Shown here piece after piece: positions 18,766 through 29,300 of a stretch of DNA of 64,000 nt. The notes under the pieces are model-generated. The model searched no databases and was not told the DNA's origin. It saw only the letters and a list, made by a program, of their open reading frames with translations. The DNA comes from Promethearchaeota archaeon (lineage in GTDB: Archaea; Asgardarchaeota; Heimdallarchaeia; Hodarchaeales; Hodarchaeaceae). A program made the position numbers and the translations under genes. Numbering within the stretch: the stretch's first letter is position 1; each line of letters begins with the position of its first letter. The stretch is from positions 64,001 to 128,000 of the forward strand of contig JBHLMN010000006.1 of assembly GCA_048938105.1 (NCBI GenBank). Direction: 5' to 3'.

Positions 18766-20691
18766 GTGAATCCTAGTTTTAAAAAAAATCCACCTGGTGA
18801 GCATTATACACCACAGGTTTTAGCTCAATTTGTGGTTTGGTTTGCTTTTCAACAATTTTTTCGTCAACGATTACCTGATGATCAATGGGTTGAATCTTTT
18901 GTTCGATTTTCAGAAGGATTAATTCCTAAAATACCATCAAATGACTCAACATATCTACAAATGCAGAATCACACCAAAAACATTAAGATCCTAGACTTAG
19001 GGGCAGGAGACGGAGCTTTCCTATTAGCAACAGCTAGATTTCTTGAAAATCTTTATCGAAACGCAAACTCAACGGATTTTAAAGAACTAAAACTAAATAT
19101 ATTTGATAAGTGTATCTTTGGAGTTGATTATAATCCTCAAGCAGTTCATTCCTGTCGTGAGGATCTCAAAAAATGGATTCTAGATGATGGTTACTCTGAT
19201 CACAACCCTATTTTTACTGAAAAAGTAGAAAAATGCGTTGGACATCAAATAAGAACTGGAAATGTTTTACTTGGAGACATTCGCCTAGATAACCAAAAGA
19301 GCGTCTCAATAATAGAGTTTAATGAAGAATATAAAAAAAGAAGAATTTTTCATTGGCATAAAGAGTTTCCAAAGATTTTTACTAGTAAAAATTCAGGTTT
19401 TGACCTAATCCTATGCAATCCACCATATGTAACAAAGGATATCTCACCTGAGGATAACCGTCTTTATAGGAAATTGTATCGGGAGCAATTATTTGTTAAC
19501 CGTTTTAATTTATATCATCTATTCTTCGCTAGAGTGAATGATCTATTAGCTCCAAAAGGTATTGCAGTATTCTTAACTTCTAACTCTGTACTGACTGATA
19601 ATTACAGTTCAAAAGTACGAAGGTTTCTTCTTTCTCATTTTCATATTAATTCAATCATTGATTTTGTTAGTCGAACTCGGATTTTTCCAAATGTCCTCCA
19701 AGGAACTTGTATCTTAGTTATGCTTAAGAAAAATGGGACTTCTAAGCAAAAAACTCGAATTATTCGGACATTCGATATGAAATCTTTAATTCAAGGTGAA
19801 ATTGTTGAAAGATGCATTCCTACAACCCAATTATTTCACTTTAGGAAATTTATTCCCTCTCCATTTTCAAACACATTTAAAATTTTAACACATTTAAGGA
19901 AAAACACAATTCGACTAAAAAATCATTTTAAAATCCAAAGTGGGGAAATTAGACCTGCAGATAAAAAGATCAGATCTTATTACTTCAAAGAGATACCTAA
20001 AAACCTAAAGCCCTCAGACTTCGAGATTATATTAAATGGAAAAAATATTTCTCCTTATGTTATTAATCTCAAAGAAAATCGTGTGAAAGCTAGATGGTAT
20101 TTAAGACCTGAGAATGAGAATGAACGTATTTTTCGAGAAAAGCACACCCAAATTCCTCGAATTGTGTTTCAAAGGATTACAGCTAGAGAACAGTTACGTC
20201 GAGTTGTTGCAGGGAAGATTGATCAAGTTCACATTAACAATAATAAGCGAATTTGGGTTGAAAATAATGCTAATTATTTACTCCTTAATCATGATTTCCC
20301 ATCTAAATTGTTGTTATCAGCAGAGGCATTACTAGGAATCTTTAATTCACTCTTAATTAACTGGTACATACATCAAGTTAATTTAACAGCAGCTATCCCA
20401 CCAGCAGATTTGGAACTTATCCCTCTTCCTCTGAAAAAGCCTGAGAAACATAATCAATGGCAATTACTCCATCAAAGGGTAAATTCCATTCAGAAACTTC
20501 TCCAGAAATATTCTTCATCTTCAGAAATACTAACGTATCTTTGTCCTGTTTGTACATCCAGTGGAGAAATAAGTCAACTTCAATCAGATATAGATAGCTT
20601 AGTATTCCAACTTTATGAATTGCCTGAAAATTATCAGAATGAAATAATAAAACAATTAACTCAACATCATCAATACTTTAGCAATCATTAA
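18766..20691 (+). CDS. Gamma-class N6-adenine DNA methyltransferase (TaqI/Eco57I-like with C-terminal TRD), no nuclease domain
   Basis: GEHYTP, ILDLGAGDGAFL, FHWHKEFP, FDLILCNPPY, LLGIFNS, IDSLVFQLYEL. Confidence 0.9.
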   Translation: MNPSFKKNPPGEHYTPQVLAQFVVWFAFQQFFRQRLPDDQWVESFVRFSEGLIPKIPSNDSTYLQMQNHTKNIKILDLGAGDGAFLLATARFLENLYRNANSTDFKELKLNIFDKCIFGVDYNPQAVHSCREDLKKWILDDGYSDHNPIFTEKVEKCVGHQIRTGNVLLGDIRLDNQKSVSIIEFNEEYKKRRIFHWHKEFPKIFTSKNSGFDLILCNPPYVTKDISPEDNRLYRKLYREQLFVNRFNLYHLFFARVNDLLAPKGIAVFLTSNSVLTDNYSSKVRRFLLSHFHINSIIDFVSRTRIFPNVLQGTCILVMLKKNGTSKQKTRIIRTFDMKSLIQGEIVERCIPTTQLFHFRKFIPSPFSNTFKILTHLRKNTIRLKNHFKIQSGEIRPADKKIRSYYFKEIPKNLKPSDFEIILNGKNISPYVINLKENRVKARWYLRPENENERIFREKHTQIPRIVFQRITAREQLRRVVAGKIDQVHINNNKRIWVENNANYLLLNHDFPSKLLLSAEALLGIFNSLLINWYIHQVNLTAAIPPADLELIPLPLKKPEKHNQWQLLHQRVNSIQKLLQKYSSSSEILTYLCPVCTSSGEISQLQSDIDSLVFQLYELPENYQNEIIKQLTQHHQYFSNH

Positions 20692-20750
20692 ATTTATTTG
20701 TTTTAAGATCTGTTAATATGATTGCTTCAAATTAGATCGAGATCTACCCC

Positions 20751-22172
20751 TTAATCATTATGAGAATATTTTCGTTTCCTTACTCTTCTCTTAAGGGTGA
20801 ATAAAATAGGGAGAATTATTAGAAATACCCCAAATCCCCAAGATGCTGCAGCAATTGAACTTGGAGGAATAATAATTGATTCAAGCAATATTAGTTCTTG
20901 GAATGCTAATAATATTTGTATTTGATCAAGAAGATGTTGTGAGCTTTGATCTGATAAAGAGGGATAGAAACCTGAGTTTGGAGCTTGCAATTTTTCGATT
21001 AATGATACTGCAACATACTTTCCATATTGAAGGTTTTCAAAAAAAACATTACAGCGAATGATAAGACTCTGATCGCTCGCAAGAATCCCTTCTGATGGCT
21101 TTCGATTGGTAAAATTATAGTATTTATTACAACTCCAATCTAAATTAATCAAATAGTTACCAATAAATTTATTCAATCGATTTATGAGTGGATCAAGTGA
21201 GAAATCAAGGTGTAACGCGTTGTCAAGCCGATGCAACGCAAGAATAAGATCTCCCTGTTCTTTACAGTTATATATAGGTGATGTCCAAGATAAATTAGCA
21301 TAGAAAGATTCAGGGATTCCATAAGTTTTATTTGTTAGTTGATCAAGGGTTTCTACTAAGTTTTTAGCATTATTATGTAATAAAGATAAATTGAAAAGGT
21401 TGGGAAATGTTGCTGCTTCTGAAAGGAATTCGATAAAAAGAATCTGGTCACTTGTTAATCGAAAAGAATCATTTGGAAAAGAACTTAAAGTATTTGTTAA
21501 GTTATCAGTTTTAGCTAGTACCTTTTTCCAAAGATATATGCAGGAGTTATGAAATATCTCGAGATTATACGGGTTTAGGGGGATCTCTTCAGGTGTATAA
21601 ACAAGGTAACTTCTCAATGCTCTGATTTGTAATTCATATCCCTCTAGGTCTGTAAATGATTCATTCCATAAGGGAAATTTTTCGAATAATAACTCTCTGC
21701 CAAGATCCCACCATTGTGAACCACGTTCAAATTGGTTTAAATACCAAATCAAGTCTAGCAGTTCAACATTGGAGATTAAACGAGATTTAACAACAGAACC
21801 TTCAATTATTACTGGGTTAATTGTTGAATGATTTTGAGAGATCATTTCGAAAATAATTGCCTCTAGCATATTTGCTGTCAACTCAAGATTGAGACTTTCT
21901 GATGTTAATGGGGTAGTCTCAGTGTCATTAGTAAGATTAGTACCTGAAGGAAGACTTCTCATAAGAGAAGCAATAGAAAGAAAACCAGAAGGGATTACTA
22001 TAAGTAGCACAATTCCAATCAGTATCTTAGTTCTATTCTTTTTGGGCCTAAAAATAAGAGGTGACTTCCCTCTCTTCATTCGGGAGAGGGATTTACGACT
22101 TTGTTTGATATAGGTCTCAAGTTCCTGTTCAGAAGGTCCATCGAAACCTTCCTGACCCCGAACTTCACTCAT
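20751..22172 (-). CDS. Membrane-anchored protein with probable six-hairpin (alpha/alpha toroid) domain; N- and C-terminal TM helices
   Basis: TM after KKNRTK; periodic xxDQ helix starts (TSDQ, ASDQ, LLDQ) and SGFY; C-terminal SWGFG-TM-KRRVRKRK. Confidence 0.6.
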   Translation of the reverse strand: MSEVRGQEGFDGPSEQELETYIKQSRKSLSRMKRGKSPLIFRPKKNRTKILIGIVLLIVIPSGFLSIASLMRSLPSGTNLTNDTETTPLTSESLNLELTANMLEAIIFEMISQNHSTINPVIIEGSVVKSRLISNVELLDLIWYLNQFERGSQWWDLGRELLFEKFPLWNESFTDLEGYELQIRALRSYLVYTPEEIPLNPYNLEIFHNSCIYLWKKVLAKTDNLTNTLSSFPNDSFRLTSDQILFIEFLSEAATFPNLFNLSLLHNNAKNLVETLDQLTNKTYGIPESFYANLSWTSPIYNCKEQGDLILALHRLDNALHLDFSLDPLINRLNKFIGNYLINLDWSCNKYYNFTNRKPSEGILASDQSLIIRCNVFFENLQYGKYVAVSLIEKLQAPNSGFYPSLSDQSSQHLLDQIQILLAFQELILLESIIIPPSSIAAASWGFGVFLIILPILFTLKRRVRKRKYSHND

Positions 22173-22188
22173 ATAGACTTCACTTAAT

Positions 22189-23001
22189 CTACCTAGTTGT
22201 TATTAAATTATCACAGAATTTTTCAATATCTTTTGAGAAATAATGCTCTTTTTCTTCGATAACATAAATTCTTTCTGTTACGAATGGGATTCTGCGAAAA
22301 GAGTAAATTGGGTGAATAGAAATTGATTTTGAATTATTTTTCAAGTTCTCCCAAATAACCTGAATATTTTCTTCTGCTACTCTTACATCCTGAGGATTAG
22401 GTTCAAAAGATACATCCTCTTCGTGTTCTATTTGATTCATAATTGCAAAAAATTCTACTCCTTCCAGTTTAGAATAACATTCTGATATTAGTAAGTTTAG
22501 ACCCTTGATTTCGGATTTTACTGGTCGTGTGACAAGCATTACTTTATCCGAGACGACTAAAGCATCAAGAGATCGAAAAGTGATTCCAGGCATACAATCT
22601 ATGATCAAGAAATCATATTTTTGGGAATCACAATAGCGGATGAATTCAAAAAGCTTAGCAAGGATTCTCCCTTCTCCATGTTGGGTTAATTTTGAGCGAA
22701 CTTTGGATTTCTTTTGAAGAATCTCGATATCAGAGAAAACACAATCAAAATTAATTATTTTCGTTGAAACTATAACATCTTTTGGCTCTATATTTCCAAC
22801 TAGGAAATCAGTTAGGGACTTTTTACCTGATCCTTCACTAAGGAAATTCGGTTGTATATATGACTGGAGAGAGGGTGCTCGAAGATCGAGATCAACAAGA
22901 CAAACTTTCTTATTGAGAGTTGCTAACCTTACAGCAGTGTTGACGGATAAGAGAGTCTTTCCAACTCCTCCCCGATAGCTATGAAAAGTAATCGTCTCCA
23001 C
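22189..23001 (-). CDS. ParA/MinD-family P-loop ATPase
   Basis: HSYRGGVGKT deviant Walker A, LVDLDLRAPSL, YDFLIIDCMPG, IMNQ. The GTG start abuts the TAG of the wHTH gene. Confidence 0.92.
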   Translation of the reverse strand: METITFHSYRGGVGKTLLSVNTAVRLATLNKKVCLVDLDLRAPSLQSYIQPNFLSEGSGKKSLTDFLVGNIEPKDVIVSTKIINFDCVFSDIEILQKKSKVRSKLTQHGEGRILAKLFEFIRYCDSQKYDFLIIDCMPGITFRSLDALVVSDKVMLVTRPVKSEIKGLNLLISECYSKLEGVEFFAIMNQIEHEEDVSFEPNPQDVRVAEENIQVIWENLKNNSKSISIHPIYSFRRIPFVTERIYVIEEKEHYFSKDIEKFCDNLITTR

Positions 23002-23427
23002 CTATTCATCAACTCCTAATATTTTGTACAGGACTTCGGTTGCTTTGCTTTCAGGAGTGACTTTCACTCTCTTTTTAAGGACGAATCCAGTATCAGCTAG
23101 ATAATTCAAGTAGCGAGACTCCAATCCTCTACTACGATTAGTCTCAGCTGCAATATCAGAACTTGTAACCCAATCTTCCTTCTTTTGGATCGCTTTATAA
23201 GTCTTAAATAACCCTGGTCGCGATTCTTGTAGATTTAAAACTTCTAAACTCGTAGGCATTACTGTGTCTTCAATTTCATCCGAGTTCGATCCTTTTAAGC
23301 CCGTTGATCCTGCTACTTTCTCTAAAACGGTGTGCATATTTGACAAAGAGCTTTCAATATTAATCAGTTGCTGGGATATTTTCGTTATTTCCTTTAGAAT
23401 ATCTATTAAGACAGAATTTTCAGCCAT
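23002..23427 (-). CDS. Coiled-coil plus winged-helix DNA-binding protein
   Basis: N-terminal heptads (ILKEITKISQQLINIESSL); wHTH VTSSDIAAETNRSRGLESRYLNYLADTGFVLKKR...LY. Confidence 0.85.
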   Translation of the reverse strand: MAENSVLIDILKEITKISQQLINIESSLSNMHTVLEKVAGSTGLKGSNSDEIEDTVMPTSLEVLNLQESRPGLFKTYKAIQKKEDWVTSSDIAAETNRSRGLESRYLNYLADTGFVLKKRVKVTPESKATEVLYKILGVDE

Positions 23428-23458
23428 TTTTACCTATTATCATAACAGATGAGGTAAG

Positions 23459-23466
23459 TTTATATA
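23459..23466 (-). promoter_or_regulatory. TATA box of the wHTH-ParA/MinD operon
   Basis: TATATAAA on the minus strand, ending 32 nt upstream of the ATG at 23427. Confidence 0.65.
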
Positions 23467-23489
23467 CGTTGCGCAACATTGCGCAACGT
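23466..23489. promoter_or_regulatory. 24-bp palindrome made of two TTGCGCAA palindromes 10 bp apart; candidate operator or centromere-like site
   Basis: ACGTTGCGCAA-CA-TTGCGCAACGT, with perfect 11-bp arms, in very AT-rich intergenic DNA. Confidence 0.75.
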
Positions 23490-23775
23490 TTTTAAATCTA
23501 GTTGAACTTTGATTATATACGATGATATTTGTTGATAGATGTTGAAAAATTATCAGATTTGTAATATTAGGAAGTTATAATGTGAAGAAACAACTAATAA
23601 CTAAACTTAACTCAATATTACTATTCAAATCAACCTCTAATTAACAATATCCAATGAAATTCAATCTAGATAATTGTGCGAATTTCTCTTGAGAAAGGCT
23701 AATAGTCGATAATATATCTTATATAGTTGAAAAAGACCAATTAAGAATCAATAAATAATTGAGGTCGAAAGAAGT

Positions 23776-24666
23776 ATGAAAAAACTGCAAAAAAAACATT
23801 ATTTATTTATTATAACTTGCTTAAGCCTTCAATTTTTCATTACACCAGGAATTGTTCAAGGGGAAACTGCATTTGTTAACAGCTTTTGGAATACTTTAGG
23901 TTATGGTGAACATAATGTATTAACTGACTGGTCGGAAGCAGGAAGCATAGATTTTTCAGTGTTAGACTTCACAGGGGTACTTTATATCAAAAATGATTTC
24001 GATTCAATATACCTTGGTATAAGAATATTTGATAAAATTACAGAAAACTTGACTTGGAGGGTAAATTTTGATGTTGATGCTGATAATAACTGGGCTGAAG
24101 ATGCAAAAGCAATAAAATTACAGGGGGCACCCAATAATTTTGTTTTCTCTTATGATGATGAGTATTACATTCAAAACTATCCACAAGCTTTTCCTGATTT
24201 ACAATCGGATAATTTTTATTCTTCAATGAGAAATTTCACATCAGTTGGGAGAAAAAATACAATCTTTGAATTAACAATTCCTTTTCAAACAAATGACCCC
24301 CTTCATGACCTTCAGGTTCAGAATCCTGAAACAACGATTATTGGTCTTTCAATGGACGTTTTCTATATCGATACAGGTATAAATGGGACATGGCGAGGAA
24401 ATTCATATCCTAATTATGCTAATGCATCCAATTATGTCCATATCCTTTTCGCAGGCCCTCAAGATCGGAAAGTACCTGAGTTTGAAGAAGAGGAAGAGCC
24501 TCTACCAACTACCACTAAAACAACTGAAACAAAGAGTTCTACTGGGCCACCCTATGACATTAAGGAAGCTGGAGCTGCACATTCGTTTGAAGTAATACCT
24601 GCATTCATAGGATTAGTAGCAATTTCTTTAATATTAGGCAAATTTGGCAGGAGGAAAAAGGCATGA
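23776..24666 (+). CDS. Secreted DOMON/CBM9-like beta-sandwich protein with Thr-rich linker and CTERM anchor
   Basis: Signal peptide; DWSEA, LYIKNDFDSIYLGIRI, FDVDADN, IFELTIPF; tail HSFEV-TM-RRKK; GAGGT RBS. Confidence 0.7.
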   Translation: MKKLQKKHYLFIITCLSLQFFITPGIVQGETAFVNSFWNTLGYGEHNVLTDWSEAGSIDFSVLDFTGVLYIKNDFDSIYLGIRIFDKITENLTWRVNFDVDADNNWAEDAKAIKLQGAPNNFVFSYDDEYYIQNYPQAFPDLQSDNFYSSMRNFTSVGRKNTIFELTIPFQTNDPLHDLQVQNPETTIIGLSMDVFYIDTGINGTWRGNSYPNYANASNYVHILFAGPQDRKVPEFEEEEEPLPTTTKTTETKSSTGPPYDIKEAGAAHSFEVIPAFIGLVAISLILGKFGRRKKA

Positions 24667-26348
24667 GAAAAGATAAATGCGCTTCATTTCTTATTTTATG
24701 TCTTCTTTGTGGATCTATTATCCCAATCACTCATGCAAGAAGCGCAGCAAATGAAAAACAACAATTTTATGGTACAGTGTATAAACAAGCAACTTCATTA
24801 GACTCTGGATTCTTCCATGATAAAGGCGCGCTTAGAGATCAACCTAAATCTTCAGTCATTAGCACCATGCAGAATTCACTCCTAGCAATAACATTAATTG
24901 ATGAATATAATATGGGAGGATCCGTCGACTTGCTTACTATTGCCCAGAGAATAATAAACACGAGTTCAAAATATTTTAGACTAAATTTCCATAGTGATCG
25001 TAAGGGGTGGGTTTCTTCGTATGACTTTACCAAAGAAGCTGAAAGTTTTGTAAAAAGTCGAAAATACACCCATGATCAATTCTTAATGGAACTCGGACTG
25101 GCAAAGAACTATCTGAATTTAAATCAAGATGATCCAGAGAGACGAGATTACTTGATCGACTTTAATGAAACAAACAAATTCATTGAAGAATATTTATTAG
25201 TACCTAATGAAGGTTGGATTGATTCTGTTTTCACCTTTAATGAAACTTTATACACAAAAAATAAGTTCAAAATAGTGGAACACATTTGTTGGACTATTTG
25301 GGCAGTGTTAAGTTTACCTTCTGGTTTCAGCTCCCCTTTGACAATAGATGACATAATCCAAATGGCCGATTTCTTGAACGACAATGCAATGTTAAATGAA
25401 GCAATCTACAATGTTTTGACTCCAGATGGAGAAACAACAGACCAAATAATAAAATTACGTACCAACGCCCTCTATGGAATAATCAACTTACTCTTATATG
25501 AAAAAACTCAAGACATAAAATTCTTAGACAGAGGAAAAGCAGTTTATGACTTTTTAGTAATTAATCTTTGGGATAGAGGCTTTAAATTATTCTGGGATGT
25601 AGTCGATGATGGTGGATTACTTTTAGTTCAAGGTAAAAGTTTAATTGGAAACGCTCTAGCGTGTTTCTTATCAAGTCGGTTATGCCGTTATTTCCCAACT
25701 AACATTACAATGAAAAGTATCTATGTCCTTTCAAACATTTTCATGGAACAATACCTCAAGAAAAGTAATACTTATAGTTATTACATCTCCTGCAGCACTG
25801 ATGGCAACCCGTTGTTGTCTCCATTCACTCTTGAAAGCAACTTAATCCGATTATGGCAACGAATTAATACTCTACATATAATAGATGGGACATATTCTTC
25901 TTCCGTCTCGATTGGAGAGAAGGTTCAAATTGATCTAAGTCTTGCAAATCCTGACAACTTAACTTATGGAATAATTGTTACTGGAGACGAAATAGAGCCT
26001 TTTAATTTAACAACATCAGAATCTAATCCATTTCTTATGATATCTCTAAGGAAAAATGCTGAAATTGGACATACAGAGATAAATATCAATATACAAGTAT
26101 TGAACAAGACTATAGAGAGAGTTGACTCTTTATCGCTCCAGATTGGTTCGGATAGGAGAATACCTCAGGGACTCATTTACATTGTTGCTTTAGGAATTTT
26201 AGTATGTATGGTTATTATTGCACGTTATCCCCCTAAAGAACTTGAAGAATTTATTTCTCGACTAGCTTCTATTGGTGTTACTGAAGAACCATCTTCAGAC
26301 GATTCTACTTCTGTAAAGGAGGTAGACATTCCTCAAGGTGAGGATTAA
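24663..26348 (+). CDS. Secreted six-hairpin glycosidase/AGE-like protein with C-terminal TM and acidic tail
   Basis: KYTHDQ, KLRTNA...LYEKTQDIKFLDRGKAVYDFL...LWD..FKLFWD, KSLIGNA; ATGA overlap with the previous gene. Confidence 0.7.
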   Translation: MRKDKCASFLILCLLCGSIIPITHARSAANEKQQFYGTVYKQATSLDSGFFHDKGALRDQPKSSVISTMQNSLLAITLIDEYNMGGSVDLLTIAQRIINTSSKYFRLNFHSDRKGWVSSYDFTKEAESFVKSRKYTHDQFLMELGLAKNYLNLNQDDPERRDYLIDFNETNKFIEEYLLVPNEGWIDSVFTFNETLYTKNKFKIVEHICWTIWAVLSLPSGFSSPLTIDDIIQMADFLNDNAMLNEAIYNVLTPDGETTDQIIKLRTNALYGIINLLLYEKTQDIKFLDRGKAVYDFLVINLWDRGFKLFWDVVDDGGLLLVQGKSLIGNALACFLSSRLCRYFPTNITMKSIYVLSNIFMEQYLKKSNTYSYYISCSTDGNPLLSPFTLESNLIRLWQRINTLHIIDGTYSSSVSIGEKVQIDLSLANPDNLTYGIIVTGDEIEPFNLTTSESNPFLMISLRKNAEIGHTEININIQVLNKTIERVDSLSLQIGSDRRIPQGLIYIVALGILVCMVIIARYPPKELEEFISRLASIGVTEEPSSDDSTSVKEVDIPQGED

Positions 26349-26352
26349 CTGA

Positions 26353-29300
26353 ATGGAAGGTAAAGACTCTTCCCGCAATTGTCCAAATTGCGGAGTACCA
26401 TTATTACCACGAGCGAAATTTTGTACTCAATGCGGTACAAAAATAGAAGCTGCAAGGATATTATGTCCTTCGTGTTCTAAAGAACTTGAATTGGACACTT
26501 GGTCCTGTCCTTATTGTGGCGCGCAGATTCCTAAAGAAGTTACTCCACCTCCAGATCATAAAATTCCTGAACCAGGCCAAAAACCCACTATAGAAACAGA
26601 TACAGCTCCTGTTACGACAACACCTAGTCAAGTCAGTACATTTGGAACACAACTACTAAGTTCTCTTAGAGAAAATATATCAACTGTCATTGTTGTGTTA
26701 GGTGCCCTTAGTATCATTGCTGCAATATCATTTACAATTATTGTCCTCCTACCAAGAGAATTAATTTCAGATGTTGAAATACCTCCTTTCGAAGGAATAA
26801 TCTTTGATTTATTTGTAATCTTAGGATTGATAGCATTAATAACAAAAGAATTAACAGTTTATCTTGGATATATACCTAAAAAGGAAACACTGGATAGATG
26901 GTTCTCTTTTGTGCTAATTCTCATTTTCTGGACCAATTTAATTACATTCAGTCTGGGATTAGTTGAAGTAAGTGTTTTTTTCCAATTCGGGCTAAATTTT
27001 ACCACAATGTTCGTATTTCTATCATTAGTGAATTTCTTAGTTAGTCTCCTATACTTTATGAGGTATAGAGAACCTCTTTTTTCTAGTACGTTTATCACTA
27101 CGATTATGAGTATTATATATTTACTACAATGGATTATCCCAATTGATATAACATCTTATACCATTCTAATCTTCTTGACAACCTTTGGTGTTATATTTGT
27201 TTCACAACAAACTAAAGATATGATTCTTTTCATTGGTTTGACCATCCTACTTCCCTTGATGTTTCTTTCCCCGTATCTTTTAAGCAACTCTATTGTGATT
27301 GCAATTATCATCCTGTTAGTCTCATTTCCTTATTTAAATGCAATCTTACAAAAATTTGTTATTAAAGAACCTGAAAAAAAGGATTTAATAATTAAATCTC
27401 TTGGAGACTTATGTAGTACCTTCGGAACACTTAATGTAGGATTTTCAGTTTTTTATGGTCATCTTCCCCCAATTCTTTCAATCGTAATACTCGCATTTCC
27501 TGTCATTGGTTTTATTATCTTGAAAGTAATACGCCCAAATTTTCAAAGATTACCTTTAAGAGACGGCTCTACTTCGGTGTTCTTATTATTCACATTGGTG
27601 TTCTTTGATTTTATAATCAAAGATTTATTAGTATTATTCGGAGTCGCTTTTCTTTTAATATTATATTCTACTTTTACAATTTTTGAATACGCTTCAATCC
27701 AACAACAAAATTTACAGCATTATGCTGAATTTTTTCTACTATTATCCTTACTTGTTGTCTCTTTAACAAACTTGCTCTTTCTCTGGAAGATTTGTCTATT
27801 ATTGATCCCTCTTTTAACTTTATTAATTTTAATTACACAGAAAAAGGCTATTAATCATCATGTGGCTCGTGGTTTCGTATTTGGATCTGAAATATTAATT
27901 TTGGTGGCTTTTCTACAAACACCAGCATTCGATTGGCCTGTGATCCCAATCTTTACCATTATTATAATAATAGGAGTTTCAATTATATTCATTTTTTATA
28001 AAGAGAATAGAAAAAATGAGTTTTCACTAGATTTGGCTGTTTTTTCACTGATTTCCGAAGGAACATTACTTGTGATGATGTTATGGACAAAAAGTAGTAT
28101 TGAAATGCTTTACCCTGCTATTATACTTCTTGCTTTAACTAGTATTATCACTATTAGTCAAATACGACAAAAAATCTCACCTAATTTCTTGTGGTTAAAC
28201 TCTACGTTTATAGTTTGTTTTGGTTTGATGACCTATTGGAATGAATTTGATATAAGATGGACGGTTTCTGTGACTTTTCTACTAATTCTTCCAATATTAA
28301 TTGAAGGTTTACTAGCAAAAAGTACCGAAAACCTTTCAGCTGCAGAGACAATTGTTAAAAACAGAAATCTAAACATATCGTTAACAGCAATTGGTTTAGC
28401 TTTAATAATACTTTTTGAAGAATTAGATCCTATAAGTCATGCTGTATTATTCTTGATAATTCCTATTGTATGGATAGCAATATATCTTTTCGATAAACTC
28501 AATTTCAACTCTGTTTCTGAATTGTTAATAATCGTATTCCCAGGAATTATCTTCACACTAGAAATGTTGCTTAAGCAGGAAATATTTACACCGATTACTG
28601 ATAATATGTACCTTTATCTGACATTAATTACATTTTCAATTCCTGTTATAGTATTACAGGTAGAACATTTTCTTTTAAGAAGAACCAAGATAACAATCAA
28701 CCCATTAATCATTGGAACAGCACTAGCATCTTTAATAATAATGGTCGCATTCTGGACGTATAAGTTCCAACCTGAAGAAAATCTGATGCTTGTTTTCGGA
28801 TTGATATTTGCTTTAATTATCTCAGTTTTCTTAATAAAATGGCAATATGAGTCCATATTGCTGCTATTAGTTTCATTCTTACCTTCAACGCTATATGCAG
28901 GCTATATTGATTTTCCTTCTACGTTTGCATTTCATTTAATTCCAATTTTCCCCATTTTATTTAACTTAATAATGGGACTCATATACATAAGGACTGACCT
29001 CTCAGCTAAGCTACATGAATTCTTAATGTTGATTTATTTTGGGATTTTTATTCTATTCAATCCAATTCAGATGATTGAATACACCACAGCTTTGTTTACA
29101 TTATTCTATACTAGCTGGCTCTTTCTTGGGCTTATAAAACGAAAAATTAGTCAAGTTGTGTTTATTTCAACAAATTTACTTAATTCTATTTTCGTACTTG
29201 TCCTCATGGTCTTTATAGATCCTCTCGTTTCTGAATTATTCATACAAGAACTGGGAATTGACCTTCCATTCAAAACCACTCTGATTAGTTTGACTCTGGT

